A DNA stretch of 64,000 bases from a virus (lineage: Duplodnaviria > Caudoviricetes): positions 100,997 through 164,996 of the IMG/VR virus record IMGVR_UViG_3300010340_000989; one strand, written 5' to 3'. The notes beneath the pieces were generated by a model that was not told where the DNA came from, did not search any database, and worked only from the letters and a program-made list of their open reading frames with translations. The position numbers were made by a program, and so were the translations under genes. This document shows, in pieces, positions 29,446 to 40,221 of the stretch (positions are counted from its first letter, which is position 1; each line of letters starts with the position of its first letter).

Positions 29446-30405
29446 ATGGGCGAATTAAATGATGATTTATTTGGCAATTTAGATTCAAAAATGGATTTTT
29501 TGAACGAACAAACAAAAACCAATACAGATGGTATTTATCGTATTGATTTAACAAAAGTAAAAGATAAGAAAAAAGGATACCGTTCGGTAGTTCGTTTTCT
29601 TCCTAATTTAACAAAAGATGGTAAAGTAGGTCAATCAGCTATTGAGAAAATAGCTCACTATGTTGATATTAAAAATCAAAAAGAACTTTCAGGATATTTT
29701 GATAGTCCGAAAAATTTTGGTGAGAAATGCGCATTAAGTGATCTATATTATCAAATGACAAATTCTAAAAATGCAATTCTTCAAGAAAGAGCTAAAATGT
29801 TAAAGTATTCTAAGAAATACTATTCTTATGTTCTAGTATTAGAAGATGAACAACAACCAGAATTGGTAGGTAGAATTATGACTTTCCAATATGGTAAAAC
29901 TATTAAAGATAAAATTTCAGCTGAAAAGAATGGTGAAATTTCTGGTGTAAGTTGTAATGTATTTGACCTTTCAGCAGGTAAAGATTTTGTTTTACTTGTA
30001 AAAGAAATTCAAACTGGTGATGAAACATATCCAGACTATAAAATGTCAATGTTTAGACCTGAAACTACCTCACTTCCGATCTACTTTAAAGACAAAGGTG
30101 TTTTCAAAAATGCTCCTCTTGTGGATGGTAAAATTGATCCAAAGGCTCAAACAACTGTTAAAGAATTCTTAATGGATCGTGAGCATAATTTAGAAGACTT
30201 TGGTCCTAAAAAGTTAGATGATACACAACAAGGTAAAATTAATGAAATTATTGGTTTTATGACTGGTAAATCTTCACAGAGTTTTTTATCATCAAAATCT
30301 GAATCAAAACCAACATCCGAAGATTTTGACCTTGAAGAGTCAATAACCACAACAAAATCACCATCAACTGAAGGTGAAGACGATGACTTCTTTTCCGATT
30401 TTTAA
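29446..30405 (+). CDS. Single-stranded DNA-binding protein (T4 gp32-like)
   Basis: YRSVVRFLP, YYSYVLV.ED..PE..G.I..F.YGK.I.DKI, GKDF.L, acidic DDDFFSDF tail; ATG 29446 preferred over TTG 29398. Confidence 0.85.
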   Translation: MGELNDDLFGNLDSKMDFLNEQTKTNTDGIYRIDLTKVKDKKKGYRSVVRFLPNLTKDGKVGQSAIEKIAHYVDIKNQKELSGYFDSPKNFGEKCALSDLYYQMTNSKNAILQERAKMLKYSKKYYSYVLVLEDEQQPELVGRIMTFQYGKTIKDKISAEKNGEISGVSCNVFDLSAGKDFVLLVKEIQTGDETYPDYKMSMFRPETTSLPIYFKDKGVFKNAPLVDGKIDPKAQTTVKEFLMDREHNLEDFGPKKLDDTQQGKINEIIGFMTGKSSQSFLSSKSESKPTSEDFDLEESITTTKSPSTEGEDDDFFSDF

Positions 30406-30422
30406 TTAGTATATTAAATAAT

Positions 30423-30450
30423 AAAAAACCCACCTAATGTGGGTTTTTTT
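30423..30450 (+). terminator. Intrinsic terminator
   Basis: AAAAAACCCAC-ctaat-GTGGG-T7. Confidence 0.85.
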
Positions 30451-30454
30451 ATTT

Positions 30455-30482
30455 AAACTTTTTAAAATACATAGTATATAAA
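30455..30482 (+). promoter_or_regulatory. Putative middle-class promoter AAAC-N18-TATAAA
   Basis: Directly after the terminator, before 30505. Confidence 0.6.
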
Positions 30483-30504
30483 ATTATAAAACATAAAGAT
30501 AAAT

Positions 30505-31566
30505 ATGGATTTTTCAAACAAAACTTTCAAAAATAGATTAACAGGCGAGTTATTTACAATAATTGATCAATATCAGAATATTGCTATCACATCAAATAAA
30601 CAAAAAATAGATGTAAATTTATTAGCAAATGATAAATTATTTATTCCAGTTAATAATTCTTTAAATGAAAGCTTTTCACCAAAAAATACAAAAGAAGATA
30701 TAGTAGATCCAAATAAATTTTTTAATGATCAATATACATATAATGCTTTTGCTGATAAAATAAAAAATGTAGATTTGAGTAAATTACCTGATGATAATAG
30801 AAATTTAGATGTTAGTTCGTCTTATAATAATAACAATTTACCTCTCTCAAGTGAGAGTGCAATAATTATTGATGACCCGATAGATGAAGTTGAAGAATTG
30901 AAAAGAAAATATGGTGCTACATCAGTTGATGAGAGTGTGAGAATTCAAAATGAAAAATTTTCTAGAATTTTGGACCCTCAACCAGAAAAACAAATTGATA
31001 ACTTAACTGTTAATAATGTTCAACAAGTAGAAGCAAGTAGAGAATATGTTAAACCTAATCAAACATATTCTGAGCCAGTTCAAAGATTTGAAGTTCAAGA
31101 TCCAGTTATAACAATGTTTAGAAATGTTAAAAGAAATACGGAATTTAAAATAAATTTAAAAATTGATGGTAAAATACCAAGACTTGATTTTATAGAAATG
31201 ATGGAAGATTCTTATGAGATTTCTATTATCGAATATCTTGCGGATGAATTTACCAATAGTATTTTAAGAAATCCATCTATTATTCGAGATAGAATAATTG
31301 AAGAGATTAAATCAATGATTGATAAAAAAAATGGAGTAAGTAAAACGGAAGTTAAAAAATCAACAAAAGATTCTAAAGATAGAGAAATACCAGAAGTTAA
31401 AAAAGAAGATAGAGAAGTTTTAAATGAAGGATTACCAACACCGGTAAAAAGTAAAAGGAAACCTACCGTTAAAAAAACAATACCTCCACCACCATCACCT
31501 CCAAAAAATAGGATGTTAAAAGAAGGTAAGGAACCAGAGCCTCCAAAAAATATGTCTATAGAATGA
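30505..31566 (+). CDS. Hypothetical protein with Lys/Pro-rich disordered tail
   Basis: 353-aa ORF. Confidence 0.75.
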   Translation: MDFSNKTFKNRLTGELFTIIDQYQNIAITSNKQKIDVNLLANDKLFIPVNNSLNESFSPKNTKEDIVDPNKFFNDQYTYNAFADKIKNVDLSKLPDDNRNLDVSSSYNNNNLPLSSESAIIIDDPIDEVEELKRKYGATSVDESVRIQNEKFSRILDPQPEKQIDNLTVNNVQQVEASREYVKPNQTYSEPVQRFEVQDPVITMFRNVKRNTEFKINLKIDGKIPRLDFIEMMEDSYEISIIEYLADEFTNSILRNPSIIRDRIIEEIKSMIDKKNGVSKTEVKKSTKDSKDREIPEVKKEDREVLNEGLPTPVKSKRKPTVKKTIPPPPSPPKNRMLKEGKEPEPPKNMSIE

Positions 31567-31961
31567 TTCAAGAAATTTTCTTAAAAAGAGCTTTAAATAT
31601 TAGAAAAGAATATTTATCAATTAAATATAATATTTCATCATATGAGAAAAATATTAGAGATATTTTAACGATTTTAGAAGAAAAATCAGTTGATTTAAAT
31701 GAACTAAAAACAAAGCTAGATGAAAACAAGATAAATGATCCAGAAATGGCAAAGTCTCAACTTCTAAAAATTATGATGGAGTTAGAATCAGAAATAAATA
31801 ATAGCGAAACTTTTATTAATAACCTCAATAAAAATATTGACAAATTGAAAGAGGATGAAACTCAATTGTTCAGAGATATAAAACAAAGATATCCGGAAAT
31901 GAATGAATCTGAAATAAAGAATGAAGTTCAAGAATATATTAAAAAATTAAACCTCTCATAA
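31563..31961 (+). CDS. Coiled-coil hypothetical protein
   Basis: Heptad-rich; ATGA coupling. Confidence 0.7.
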   Translation: MIQEIFLKRALNIRKEYLSIKYNISSYEKNIRDILTILEEKSVDLNELKTKLDENKINDPEMAKSQLLKIMMELESEINNSETFINNLNKNIDKLKEDETQLFRDIKQRYPEMNESEIKNEVQEYIKKLNLS

Positions 31962-31973
31962 GAGAGGTTTTTT
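31949..31973 (+). terminator. Intrinsic terminator
   Basis: AAACCTCTC-ataa-GAGAGG-T6. Confidence 0.8.
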
Positions 31974-31999
31974 AATATATATCCAAAAAAAGTTCTTGG

Positions 32000-34594
32000 A
32001 TGAAAATTTCAAAGTATTTTAATATAGATCCTACTATATTAATAGAGTATATTTATGACGACTCTAATCTTATTGGAGAATCATATAACATCTTATATAA
32101 CACTAAAACTAATATTAAATGTTTTGTATCAGGTGATGAAATTAGACCTACTCCAAGAGGTTATAAACAAACAAATAACGACTTATACAATCAACTTTAT
32201 CAAATTGATAATATTCAAGGTAGATATGGTAAGATCCCATTAAGTACTTTACCAAACACCGTTAGTGAAAGTCACTCATTTTTACAAGTTAGAAATTTTG
32301 CAACATCTATTCCGATTAGATATGATATTATCAAAGTTCATATACCAATAGATTATACATTTGAAAATTATAAAGGATTCTATTTAAGAGTTTTTACTTA
32401 TGACTATGATAATACAAAAATAATTGAGCTTACAAACTTTTTTTTCAATATAACAGATATAGAGCAAAATTATAAATTAGAATATTCATCACCCATTCAA
32501 ATAATAAATCAAAAACAATGGGGTAAATATGTTAAAGTTCAAATACCTTCAGTTACTAAAGTTTCAGATCAACGAGTAAATAATCTAACTAAAGAAAATT
32601 CAATTAATTATAATCTAACTGATGGATTAGGATTATCTAAAAACTCACCAATATTTATTGATTTTAATTTTATTAATAGTATTGACACTGTTAATGGTAG
32701 TAAATTTTTTAATCTTTCATCAAAAAAAACAGTGGTTGTTCCACAAACTCCAGAGTTTGAAAAACTTGGAGTTAAAATTGAAGAATCAACACAAGGTGAT
32801 TTTTTCCTAATTTATGGAACATATAATGGTAATATTGCTGAATATGAGAATTTTATAGATGAATCATATTATGCTGGTAATAGATATTATGCGGAATTTC
32901 AAGTTGATTTATATGAAAAAAATGTTAAAACAAAAAGTAATGTTTTTATAATCAATGAAGATTTTGGAGATGAAATCGAATATAGACCTATTTTAAAATT
33001 TACAACTACTACTGCTGTAATTGATGTAACACTTAGATTAATAGATAATTCTGATGGATCTTTCATTGAAAGAAAAGCATCTTATGGTATGTTACAAGGT
33101 GGTGGCTCTAAGATGGGAAGTGAGCCAAATGATAGATTAAATATTGCTAATGGTTCTGGTGGTGGAGGAGATATATCTAAATATTCAAAGAGTTCTACAA
33201 AAATAAATTTAAAAGGTTCTAAAAAACAAGAGGTTATTAATGTTAAATCTACTATTCTTCCAAACACAGGAACAGATCCTTTTGGTACAAAACCAATTTT
33301 AACATTGAAAAAATTACCATTTAATTTATTTTCAAATAATTATTATTTTACAAATAATAATGCTGAAATTATGTATAATAAAATACCACATATACCATCT
33401 AATAAATCAGTAATTTATATTTATCCATTTGATAATATAATAAAAATAGAAATAACAAAAGTTAGTGACAAAGATCCATTTCCATACGATTTAACAACAT
33501 TAGAAAATATAAAAATGGTAATAAAAAATGATAAAAAAACTTTAGAGTTTGATATCTATAAAGATTCATCAGAAAATGATCTAGAGAATGGTAATATTGT
33601 TTTTAAAATTGGTAGTGGTAAGTATTTTGATATTAAAGAAATATCTAATTCAGGATTTGATCTATTTTATATAACAGGTATTGATGCTGATGGTTTGAAA
33701 CAAATCATTTATAGCTCTTTCTTTTTACCTTGGGATTCATTAACTAATAATAATAAAATTGAGAATGAATATACACAAAAACAAAAAGTTTTAGAACAAA
33801 TTGAGATTAAACCACCAATAGATATAACAGAATCAGTTAAAGAAACTTTAAATGATAATTCAAATATTCCTAAAGGAGTTAATACAAACCCAATTGATAG
33901 TGCGTCAAATCAACAAATTAAAAATGGATCAGGATTTTCTGGATCATCATTTTCATTTAAACCTAGATGGTTATCATCTCAAATTGCAATAGAATTAGGT
34001 AGTGATAAGAAAGATTATAAAAGTCCTAAAGATTTAAAGCCATTAGAGATTCTTTTATTAAAGTATGGTATTATTAAAACAGAAAAAATAGTAAATAAAT
34101 TAAAGGATATAAAAGATTTAAAATCTACAAATCCAGTAATGCCAAAATCTTCTCCAAATTTAAATATAGATAAAATTAACCTTGTATTAGGTTATTTCAA
34201 AGGACTTAATATGGAACCAATTAATGCTATACAATTGTATTATACAACACAACCAAGTAAAAATGATCCATTGTATAAATTTACAAAAAAATTAACAATA
34301 GATCTTAAATATTATGAGGAATTAAGAAAAGATTTATCTGATTATATAAATTCAGGTCTTTCAAATAAAAGAGATGTTAAAGGTATTGGCCTATCTGAAA
34401 AAGATGTATCTATTGGTGAATTTTTACCAAAAAATAAAGATATTGATTTAATAAAAAAGAATAAGATTTATAAAACTAATACAAAAAATAACACATTGAA
34501 ATCAAATATTATTCAAAATAATAATACTACACCTGGAGACTCATCAATTAAATATCCATCTAATAATGAGGTAACCAAAGGTGGTAAAAAATAA
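32000..34594 (+). CDS. Large putative virion structural protein, paralog A
   Basis: Late motif 31973-31981; collinear similarity with the next ORF. Confidence 0.6.
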   Translation: MKISKYFNIDPTILIEYIYDDSNLIGESYNILYNTKTNIKCFVSGDEIRPTPRGYKQTNNDLYNQLYQIDNIQGRYGKIPLSTLPNTVSESHSFLQVRNFATSIPIRYDIIKVHIPIDYTFENYKGFYLRVFTYDYDNTKIIELTNFFFNITDIEQNYKLEYSSPIQIINQKQWGKYVKVQIPSVTKVSDQRVNNLTKENSINYNLTDGLGLSKNSPIFIDFNFINSIDTVNGSKFFNLSSKKTVVVPQTPEFEKLGVKIEESTQGDFFLIYGTYNGNIAEYENFIDESYYAGNRYYAEFQVDLYEKNVKTKSNVFIINEDFGDEIEYRPILKFTTTTAVIDVTLRLIDNSDGSFIERKASYGMLQGGGSKMGSEPNDRLNIANGSGGGGDISKYSKSSTKINLKGSKKQEVINVKSTILPNTGTDPFGTKPILTLKKLPFNLFSNNYYFTNNNAEIMYNKIPHIPSNKSVIYIYPFDNIIKIEITKVSDKDPFPYDLTTLENIKMVIKNDKKTLEFDIYKDSSENDLENGNIVFKIGSGKYFDIKEISNSGFDLFYITGIDADGLKQIIYSSFFLPWDSLTNNNKIENEYTQKQKVLEQIEIKPPIDITESVKETLNDNSNIPKGVNTNPIDSASNQQIKNGSGFSGSSFSFKPRWLSSQIAIELGSDKKDYKSPKDLKPLEILLLKYGIIKTEKIVNKLKDIKDLKSTNPVMPKSSPNLNIDKINLVLGYFKGLNMEPINAIQLYYTTQPSKNDPLYKFTKKLTIDLKYYEELRKDLSDYINSGLSNKRDVKGIGLSEKDVSIGEFLPKNKDIDLIKKNKIYKTNTKNNTLKSNIIQNNNTTPGDSSIKYPSNNEVTKGGKK

Positions 34595-34606
34595 TAAATA
34601 ATTTAG

Positions 34607-36445
34607 ATGAAATCAGAATTTAAAAAATTACATAGAGATATTCTTTTAGAATGGTCTTATGACTCCACTAATGTAATTTTAGAACCATATAAGATATTAA
34701 AGAACTCTAAGGATTTAATTAATTCTTATATGGCTTCAGATTCATCTATTACTAATAATATACAAGACTATCAATTATTTAGTATTGATTCTTCAATGAA
34801 TAAATATGCCAAAATTGATACAAATAAATATAACTTTCTTAGTGTTAATCAATATGTTTCACCAGCTGTTAGACATGATAGATTAAAAATTTATTTTCCA
34901 ACGAATTATATATTTGGTGAATATCAAGGAATATATTTAAGACTCTATACTTACAACTATAGAAATAATAAATTTTTTGAAATTTCTAATTTCTTCTTTG
35001 ATGCAACAGATTCTACAACATCAAATTTATTACAAACATTTGTCTCACCACTACTTTACGAGGATAAAACTTGGAATAAGTATATTGAATTAAATATTCC
35101 ATCAGTTTATTCGGTTGCATTACAAAGAGAGGATGGATATGCTGAGCCAGGAAGTTTAAATTATTATTTAACTGATGGTGATGGGTTATCTCAAACATCT
35201 CCTATTTTTATAGATTTTAGATTTATTACTAAAATAACACAAATAGGATCTACTAAAAATTATTTAACAACTCAGAAAAATACTTTACAAATACCACAAA
35301 TACCTCAATTAGAGGCATTAGGAATTTATATTCAGGAATCTAAAAATGGTGACTATTTTGAGATAAACGCAACATATAATAATAGTTTTGAAGAATTTGT
35401 AGAATTTATTGATAGTTCATTAAAAATTGGAAAATATTATTACCTAGAATTTACAATAACCGTTTTTGAAGAAAATATAAAAGGTAAAAGTCTAACATAT
35501 CGAGTAGAAAATGATTTCACTGAAATAATAGAATATCGTCCAATAATTAAATATTCAACAACAACATCTATTATTGATGTTGAAATGAAATTAATTAATA
35601 AAAGTGACGGTAATGTAGTAATCAGAAAAGGTGCATATGGCATGGGACCTGATCAACTTTCTAAATATTTAATTAATAGGAAAAAAATAAATATTAGAAA
35701 CGCGTTTAAGCCAAAAATATATTCTAAAAATCAATATGATAAATATCATATTGATCAATTAGGAAAATCAGCAATGCCTGAAAATTCAATTGAAGTCCCA
35801 GTACCAGAATTATTATCCTTAGGTAACTATAAAAAATCACCAGTGGTTTATTATAGTATTTCTTGTTATTCTAACCAATCTTTAAACAAGGTTTTAAAAA
35901 ATAAAATAGAAAACTATCATTATATAGGTGGTTTAAAAATAGGAATCAAACCATTTGATAATATCTATAAATTCATTATAGCATATAGATATGCAAATGG
36001 TAATCAATTAGAACCATTAGATTTAACTAATTGTAACGATTTAAAATTAGTATTTAAAAATACTGATTCTGTTATTGAATTTACACAATATTTTTCAAAT
36101 GAAACTGTTGCTAGACTAGGAATGTGTCAATTTAGAGTCAATGAAAATAAATTTCAAGATTTAAAAAAAATATATAAATCAGGAAATACAATATTTTATA
36201 TAACAACAACTAATCAAGGAATAACAAATGTTATATATACTGGACTTTATACAATACTTGATAAATCTACTAGTCTAGGAGATGGTAATTTATCAGACTT
36301 GATAGGTACTGGAGTTCTAAATATACAATCAAATGATGTTATTAATCCAGAGATTATAGATCCACCAAAAGAACAAGAAATAGCAATAGTTACTAGAAAA
36401 AAAGTCCCTATTACTACTGAATCATCGGCTAAAAGAAAAAAATAA
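34607..36445 (+). CDS. Large putative virion structural protein, paralog B
   Basis: Shares LTDGxGLSxxSPIFIDF and IEYRPIxKxxTTTxxIDV with paralog A. Confidence 0.6.
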   Translation: MKSEFKKLHRDILLEWSYDSTNVILEPYKILKNSKDLINSYMASDSSITNNIQDYQLFSIDSSMNKYAKIDTNKYNFLSVNQYVSPAVRHDRLKIYFPTNYIFGEYQGIYLRLYTYNYRNNKFFEISNFFFDATDSTTSNLLQTFVSPLLYEDKTWNKYIELNIPSVYSVALQREDGYAEPGSLNYYLTDGDGLSQTSPIFIDFRFITKITQIGSTKNYLTTQKNTLQIPQIPQLEALGIYIQESKNGDYFEINATYNNSFEEFVEFIDSSLKIGKYYYLEFTITVFEENIKGKSLTYRVENDFTEIIEYRPIIKYSTTTSIIDVEMKLINKSDGNVVIRKGAYGMGPDQLSKYLINRKKINIRNAFKPKIYSKNQYDKYHIDQLGKSAMPENSIEVPVPELLSLGNYKKSPVVYYSISCYSNQSLNKVLKNKIENYHYIGGLKIGIKPFDNIYKFIIAYRYANGNQLEPLDLTNCNDLKLVFKNTDSVIEFTQYFSNETVARLGMCQFRVNENKFQDLKKIYKSGNTIFYITTTNQGITNVIYTGLYTILDKSTSLGDGNLSDLIGTGVLNIQSNDVINPEIIDPPKEQEIAIVTRKKVPITTESSAKRKK

Positions 36446-36455
36446 TATATAGAAC

Positions 36456-37052
36456 ATGAGATTAAGTAGTCAATCTAGTCAATTTGTATTTAATTTACCC
36501 CCTGATTTTATACCAGCGGAAATAATAGAATCATATAATCCAATACTCGAGAAAAATTGGATTCAATATGAAAACGTTTTAGATTATCTTAATTCTACAA
36601 TAAAAGCTGTTAGCTTTCCAGGTATTAGTTTCGATTTACCTATGCAGTTTCTTATAAGAGGTAAGGAAAGAATGTATAAACCAGCTAAAAATATTCAGGA
36701 CATTGTTGGTCATGAAATATCTATAACATTTGCATCAGTTGATGCTGATATTAACTACTGGATAATATTTGATATTCTATCTAAACATTATTTAGATGTA
36801 GATCATTTATATGTTAATCCATTTACAATAACTGCAGTGGATATACATAGAGATGGAATTTATAGAATATCATTTAGAGAAATAGTATTGAAAAATCTAA
36901 GTGAAAATAAATTTGACTATGCTCAGCAAAAAGTTAGTTCAAAGGAATTTACAATGACTTTTCACTTTAATTTCTACGATATAGAATTCTTATTAGATAA
37001 AAGTAAAGTTCTTGAATTGGGTTCAGTACCTACAATTATTCAAAAGATTTAA
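36456..37052 (+). CDS. Tail-tube-fold protein (T4 gp3 tail terminator-like)
   Basis: VSFPGISF, ISITF...NY, ISFRE...LS...FTMTFHFNFYDI pattern; late motif 36443-36451. Confidence 0.6.
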   Translation: MRLSSQSSQFVFNLPPDFIPAEIIESYNPILEKNWIQYENVLDYLNSTIKAVSFPGISFDLPMQFLIRGKERMYKPAKNIQDIVGHEISITFASVDADINYWIIFDILSKHYLDVDHLYVNPFTITAVDIHRDGIYRISFREIVLKNLSENKFDYAQQKVSSKEFTMTFHFNFYDIEFLLDKSKVLELGSVPTIIQKI

Positions 37053-37080
37053 CAACTAAATATTCATAATAATGTATAAT
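37053..37080 (+). promoter_or_regulatory. Putative middle-class promoter CAAC-N18-TATAAT heading the glycosylation operon
   Basis: Motif and spacing. Confidence 0.6.
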
Positions 37081-37101
37081 TATTAAAATTAGTCAATTTT
37101 A

Positions 37102-37791
37102 ATGATTCATATACTCTGGTGCACTATAAGACCAGATGCATTTAAACAAATGCATCCCTATTGGATTGGTAGATCTAAAAATCCAAGTAATATTAAAACA
37201 CATATCGCTGTTAATATCGAGTCACACTCCGATATTATAAAAGAATATTTTAAATCTAATAATCAAGAATTTCGTATTATCACAGTTAATACTGATAAAA
37301 TTGGCGTTTGTTATCCATCTTATCAACTATCTTCTACAACTGAAGGTCAATCTGGTGATATTGTTGTTTTCGCCTCAGATGACTTCTTACCTCCACAAAA
37401 TTGGGATGAGTATCTAACTTCTAAATTAGAAAATAGAGAAGGTGGTTTAATGGTTAGAGATGGGTATCAATTACCAGATTCTTCTAACATGCAATATCCG
37501 GCTATTACTATTCCAATTATGACTTGGGGGTGTTTTGAGAAATTAAATAAAACAATCTATAGCCCGGTATATACTCATATGTATTCTGACTGTGAGTTAT
37601 ACATAAATTTAAAAGATATGAATCTATTAATTGATGAGAGAATGACCGATACAATTGTATTCGAACACTTACATCATGCGGCTGGTAAAAGAAGAGCTGA
37701 CCAATTAGATGTTCAATATCATGCTAAATGGAAAGAAGATGAAGATACTTGGAATAAGAGAAAAAATATGCCAGTTTTAGAAAGAATATGA
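37102..37791 (+). CDS. GT-A fold glycosyltransferase (GT2-like)
   Basis: GDIVVFASDDF, YSDCEL, FEHLH. Confidence 0.7.
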   Translation: MIHILWCTIRPDAFKQMHPYWIGRSKNPSNIKTHIAVNIESHSDIIKEYFKSNNQEFRIITVNTDKIGVCYPSYQLSSTTEGQSGDIVVFASDDFLPPQNWDEYLTSKLENREGGLMVRDGYQLPDSSNMQYPAITIPIMTWGCFEKLNKTIYSPVYTHMYSDCELYINLKDMNLLIDERMTDTIVFEHLHHAAGKRRADQLDVQYHAKWKEDEDTWNKRKNMPVLERI

Positions 37792-38615
37792 AAAAGAAAA
37801 TTAAAATAGATTTTTCCGATTTTTGGGGTGGGTTTAATAAAACAGATAATTACTTTTATAATCTTCTAAAAGAGGAATTTGATGTTGAGATATCCGATAA
37901 ACCTGATTATTTATTCTTTTCGGTATTTGGAAATCACCATCAAAGTTATCGATGTACCAAGATATTTTATACTGGTGAAAATATTGCACCAACTTTAGGA
38001 TATTGTCAATGGTCGTTTTCATTTGACTATTTAAATGATCCGAGAAATTATAGACTACCACATTATTTATTATATGATGGATATTATGAATTGATAAGAC
38101 CTAAAGTTATAGATGAATCTTTAGCTAAAAGAAAGTTTTGCAACTTTGTAGCTTCAAATGGAAATTGTAGTGAACGAAATACCTTTGTTCAACAATTATC
38201 TAAATATAAAAAAGTAGATTCTGGTGGAAGATGGATGAATAATATTGGATATATTGTTGATGATAAATTAAAATTTCAATCAGAATATAAATTTTCAATA
38301 GCTTTTGAAAATAATGCTTATCGACCTCAACACCCAGGATACACAACTGAGAAGATAATGCAACCAATGACTGTTAATTCAATTCCGGTATATTGGGGTA
38401 ATCCACTAATTGGTAAGGAGTTTAATACTAAATCATTTATTAATTTCTATGATTTTGGATATACTGGTAATATGATTGAATATATTATCGAATTAGATAA
38501 TAATGATGATAAATATTTAGAAATGTTGAAAACAGATTGGTTACCTGGTAATATAATACCAGAAGAGAATAAGTTAGATAATATAAAGTCTTTCTTATAT
38601 AAAATATTTGAATAA
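37788..38615 (+). CDS. GT10 alpha-1,3/4-fucosyltransferase
   Basis: FYTGEN, FCNFVASN, YKFSIAFEN...GYTTEKI, IPVYWG. Confidence 0.88.
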   Translation: MKKKIKIDFSDFWGGFNKTDNYFYNLLKEEFDVEISDKPDYLFFSVFGNHHQSYRCTKIFYTGENIAPTLGYCQWSFSFDYLNDPRNYRLPHYLLYDGYYELIRPKVIDESLAKRKFCNFVASNGNCSERNTFVQQLSKYKKVDSGGRWMNNIGYIVDDKLKFQSEYKFSIAFENNAYRPQHPGYTTEKIMQPMTVNSIPVYWGNPLIGKEFNTKSFINFYDFGYTGNMIEYIIELDNNDDKYLEMLKTDWLPGNIIPEENKLDNIKSFLYKIFE

Positions 38616-39333
38616 TGTGAAAAAGTATCATATTAATTACGCAAACGGTAGATATCTACAAGCACAGAAATATTGTTCAGACTCTGCTAAACAATTTGGA
38701 TTTGATGAGGTTATCTCATATTCGCTTGGTGATATTGATCCTGATTTTTATTATAAAAATAAAAATATCTTATCTCAATCAAGAGGTGCTGGATTTTGGT
38801 TATGGAAACCATACTTTATTTCCAAAACATTAGAAAGAATGGAAAATGGAGACCTATTAGTTTATTCTGATTCTGGTTCATTTTATCAAAACTCACCACA
38901 ACCACTAATCGATTTAATCTTAAAAGATCCAAATGGGATATTATCTTTTGAGTTAAAAGGACTTATAGAAAGTGTATATACCAAAAGAGATACATTTGTA
39001 TTAATGGATCTTGATGAGCCAAAATATACAGAATCTTCTCAAAGAGAAGCTACTTATATTTGGATAATAAAAAATAATTTCACAGTTAGTCTTGTTAAAG
39101 AGTATTTAGAATATGCTCAAGATGAAAGAATAATAACTGATTTAATTAGTGAAAATAAAAATTATGATGTATTTAAAGATCATAGACACGATCAGTCTAT
39201 ATGGTCACTATTATGTAAAAAATATAATATAGAACCACATAAACTAATATCACAATGGGGAGATGGTATGAAAAATGATTTTCCTAATGATACCTATGGT
39301 CAAATAACACTACATCACAGAAATCCAATTTAA
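38608..39333 (+). CDS. Putative glycosyltransferase
   Basis: GAGFWLWKPY, YSDSG, DHRHDQSIWSLL. Confidence 0.65.
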   Translation: MNNVKKYHINYANGRYLQAQKYCSDSAKQFGFDEVISYSLGDIDPDFYYKNKNILSQSRGAGFWLWKPYFISKTLERMENGDLLVYSDSGSFYQNSPQPLIDLILKDPNGILSFELKGLIESVYTKRDTFVLMDLDEPKYTESSQREATYIWIIKNNFTVSLVKEYLEYAQDERIITDLISENKNYDVFKDHRHDQSIWSLLCKKYNIEPHKLISQWGDGMKNDFPNDTYGQITLHHRNPI

Positions 39334-39336
39334 TAA

Positions 39337-40221
39337 ATGAAACATTTCACAACACTATCAGACTATAATTATTTACCTCTTGGATTATCATTATATGAAT
39401 CTCTTAAAAAAACATCTAAAGAAGATTTTATATTATATTATTTATGTTTAGATGATAAAACACATGATAAAATATCTGAAATTAATGAGTATAATATTTA
39501 TCCAATAAGTTTAGAAAACTTAATGAACGAAAACTCCGATTTATCTGAATATAGAAAAGTAGAATATAGAGAATTTGTTTGGATGCTAGCTTCGTATTTT
39601 ACATACTATATTTTAATCAATAAAAAACCTAAAAATCTATCATATATAGATGCTGATATATATTTATATGACGATATACAAATTATGTATGATGAAATTG
39701 GTGAAAATTCTGTTGGTATAATAAGACATCGTCACATACCAGAGAACTCAAATACAATAGATGGTAGATATAATGTTGGTATTGTTTATTTCAAAAATGA
39801 CGTTATAGGTAGACATTGCTTGGATTGGTGGCATGATGCTGTTTTTTACAAAAAATATCCACATTTAGCAACTTGTTACGATCAGAAATATTTAGAGGCA
39901 TTTTCTATGATGTACCCGAATAATATTTGTGTTGCTGATAAGACATTTGCACATTCCGCACCTTGGCATCATAGACTTTATGATTGGTCAAATTTGGATA
40001 CAAAAAATATAATAATTTGGGAGGGGAATCTACAGAAATTATTATTTAATCATTTTTCAAGAATATCATTTAACGTTTCTGATAATAGTTATTTACCAAG
40101 TGGTGGTAATTATCCAGACCATACTTTAAACTTTAAGGTATTTGATATACCACAGGTGAAAAGAATACATGATGAATACTTTGAAGAAATAAAAAATGTT
40201 ACAAAAAAATATAAATTATGA
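39337..40221 (+). CDS. GT-A glycosyltransferase (GT8-like)
   Basis: YIDAD, YNVG, DQKYLE. Confidence 0.7.
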   Translation: MKHFTTLSDYNYLPLGLSLYESLKKTSKEDFILYYLCLDDKTHDKISEINEYNIYPISLENLMNENSDLSEYRKVEYREFVWMLASYFTYYILINKKPKNLSYIDADIYLYDDIQIMYDEIGENSVGIIRHRHIPENSNTIDGRYNVGIVYFKNDVIGRHCLDWWHDAVFYKKYPHLATCYDQKYLEAFSMMYPNNICVADKTFAHSAPWHHRLYDWSNLDTKNIIIWEGNLQKLLFNHFSRISFNVSDNSYLPSGGNYPDHTLNFKVFDIPQVKRIHDEYFEEIKNVTKKYKL

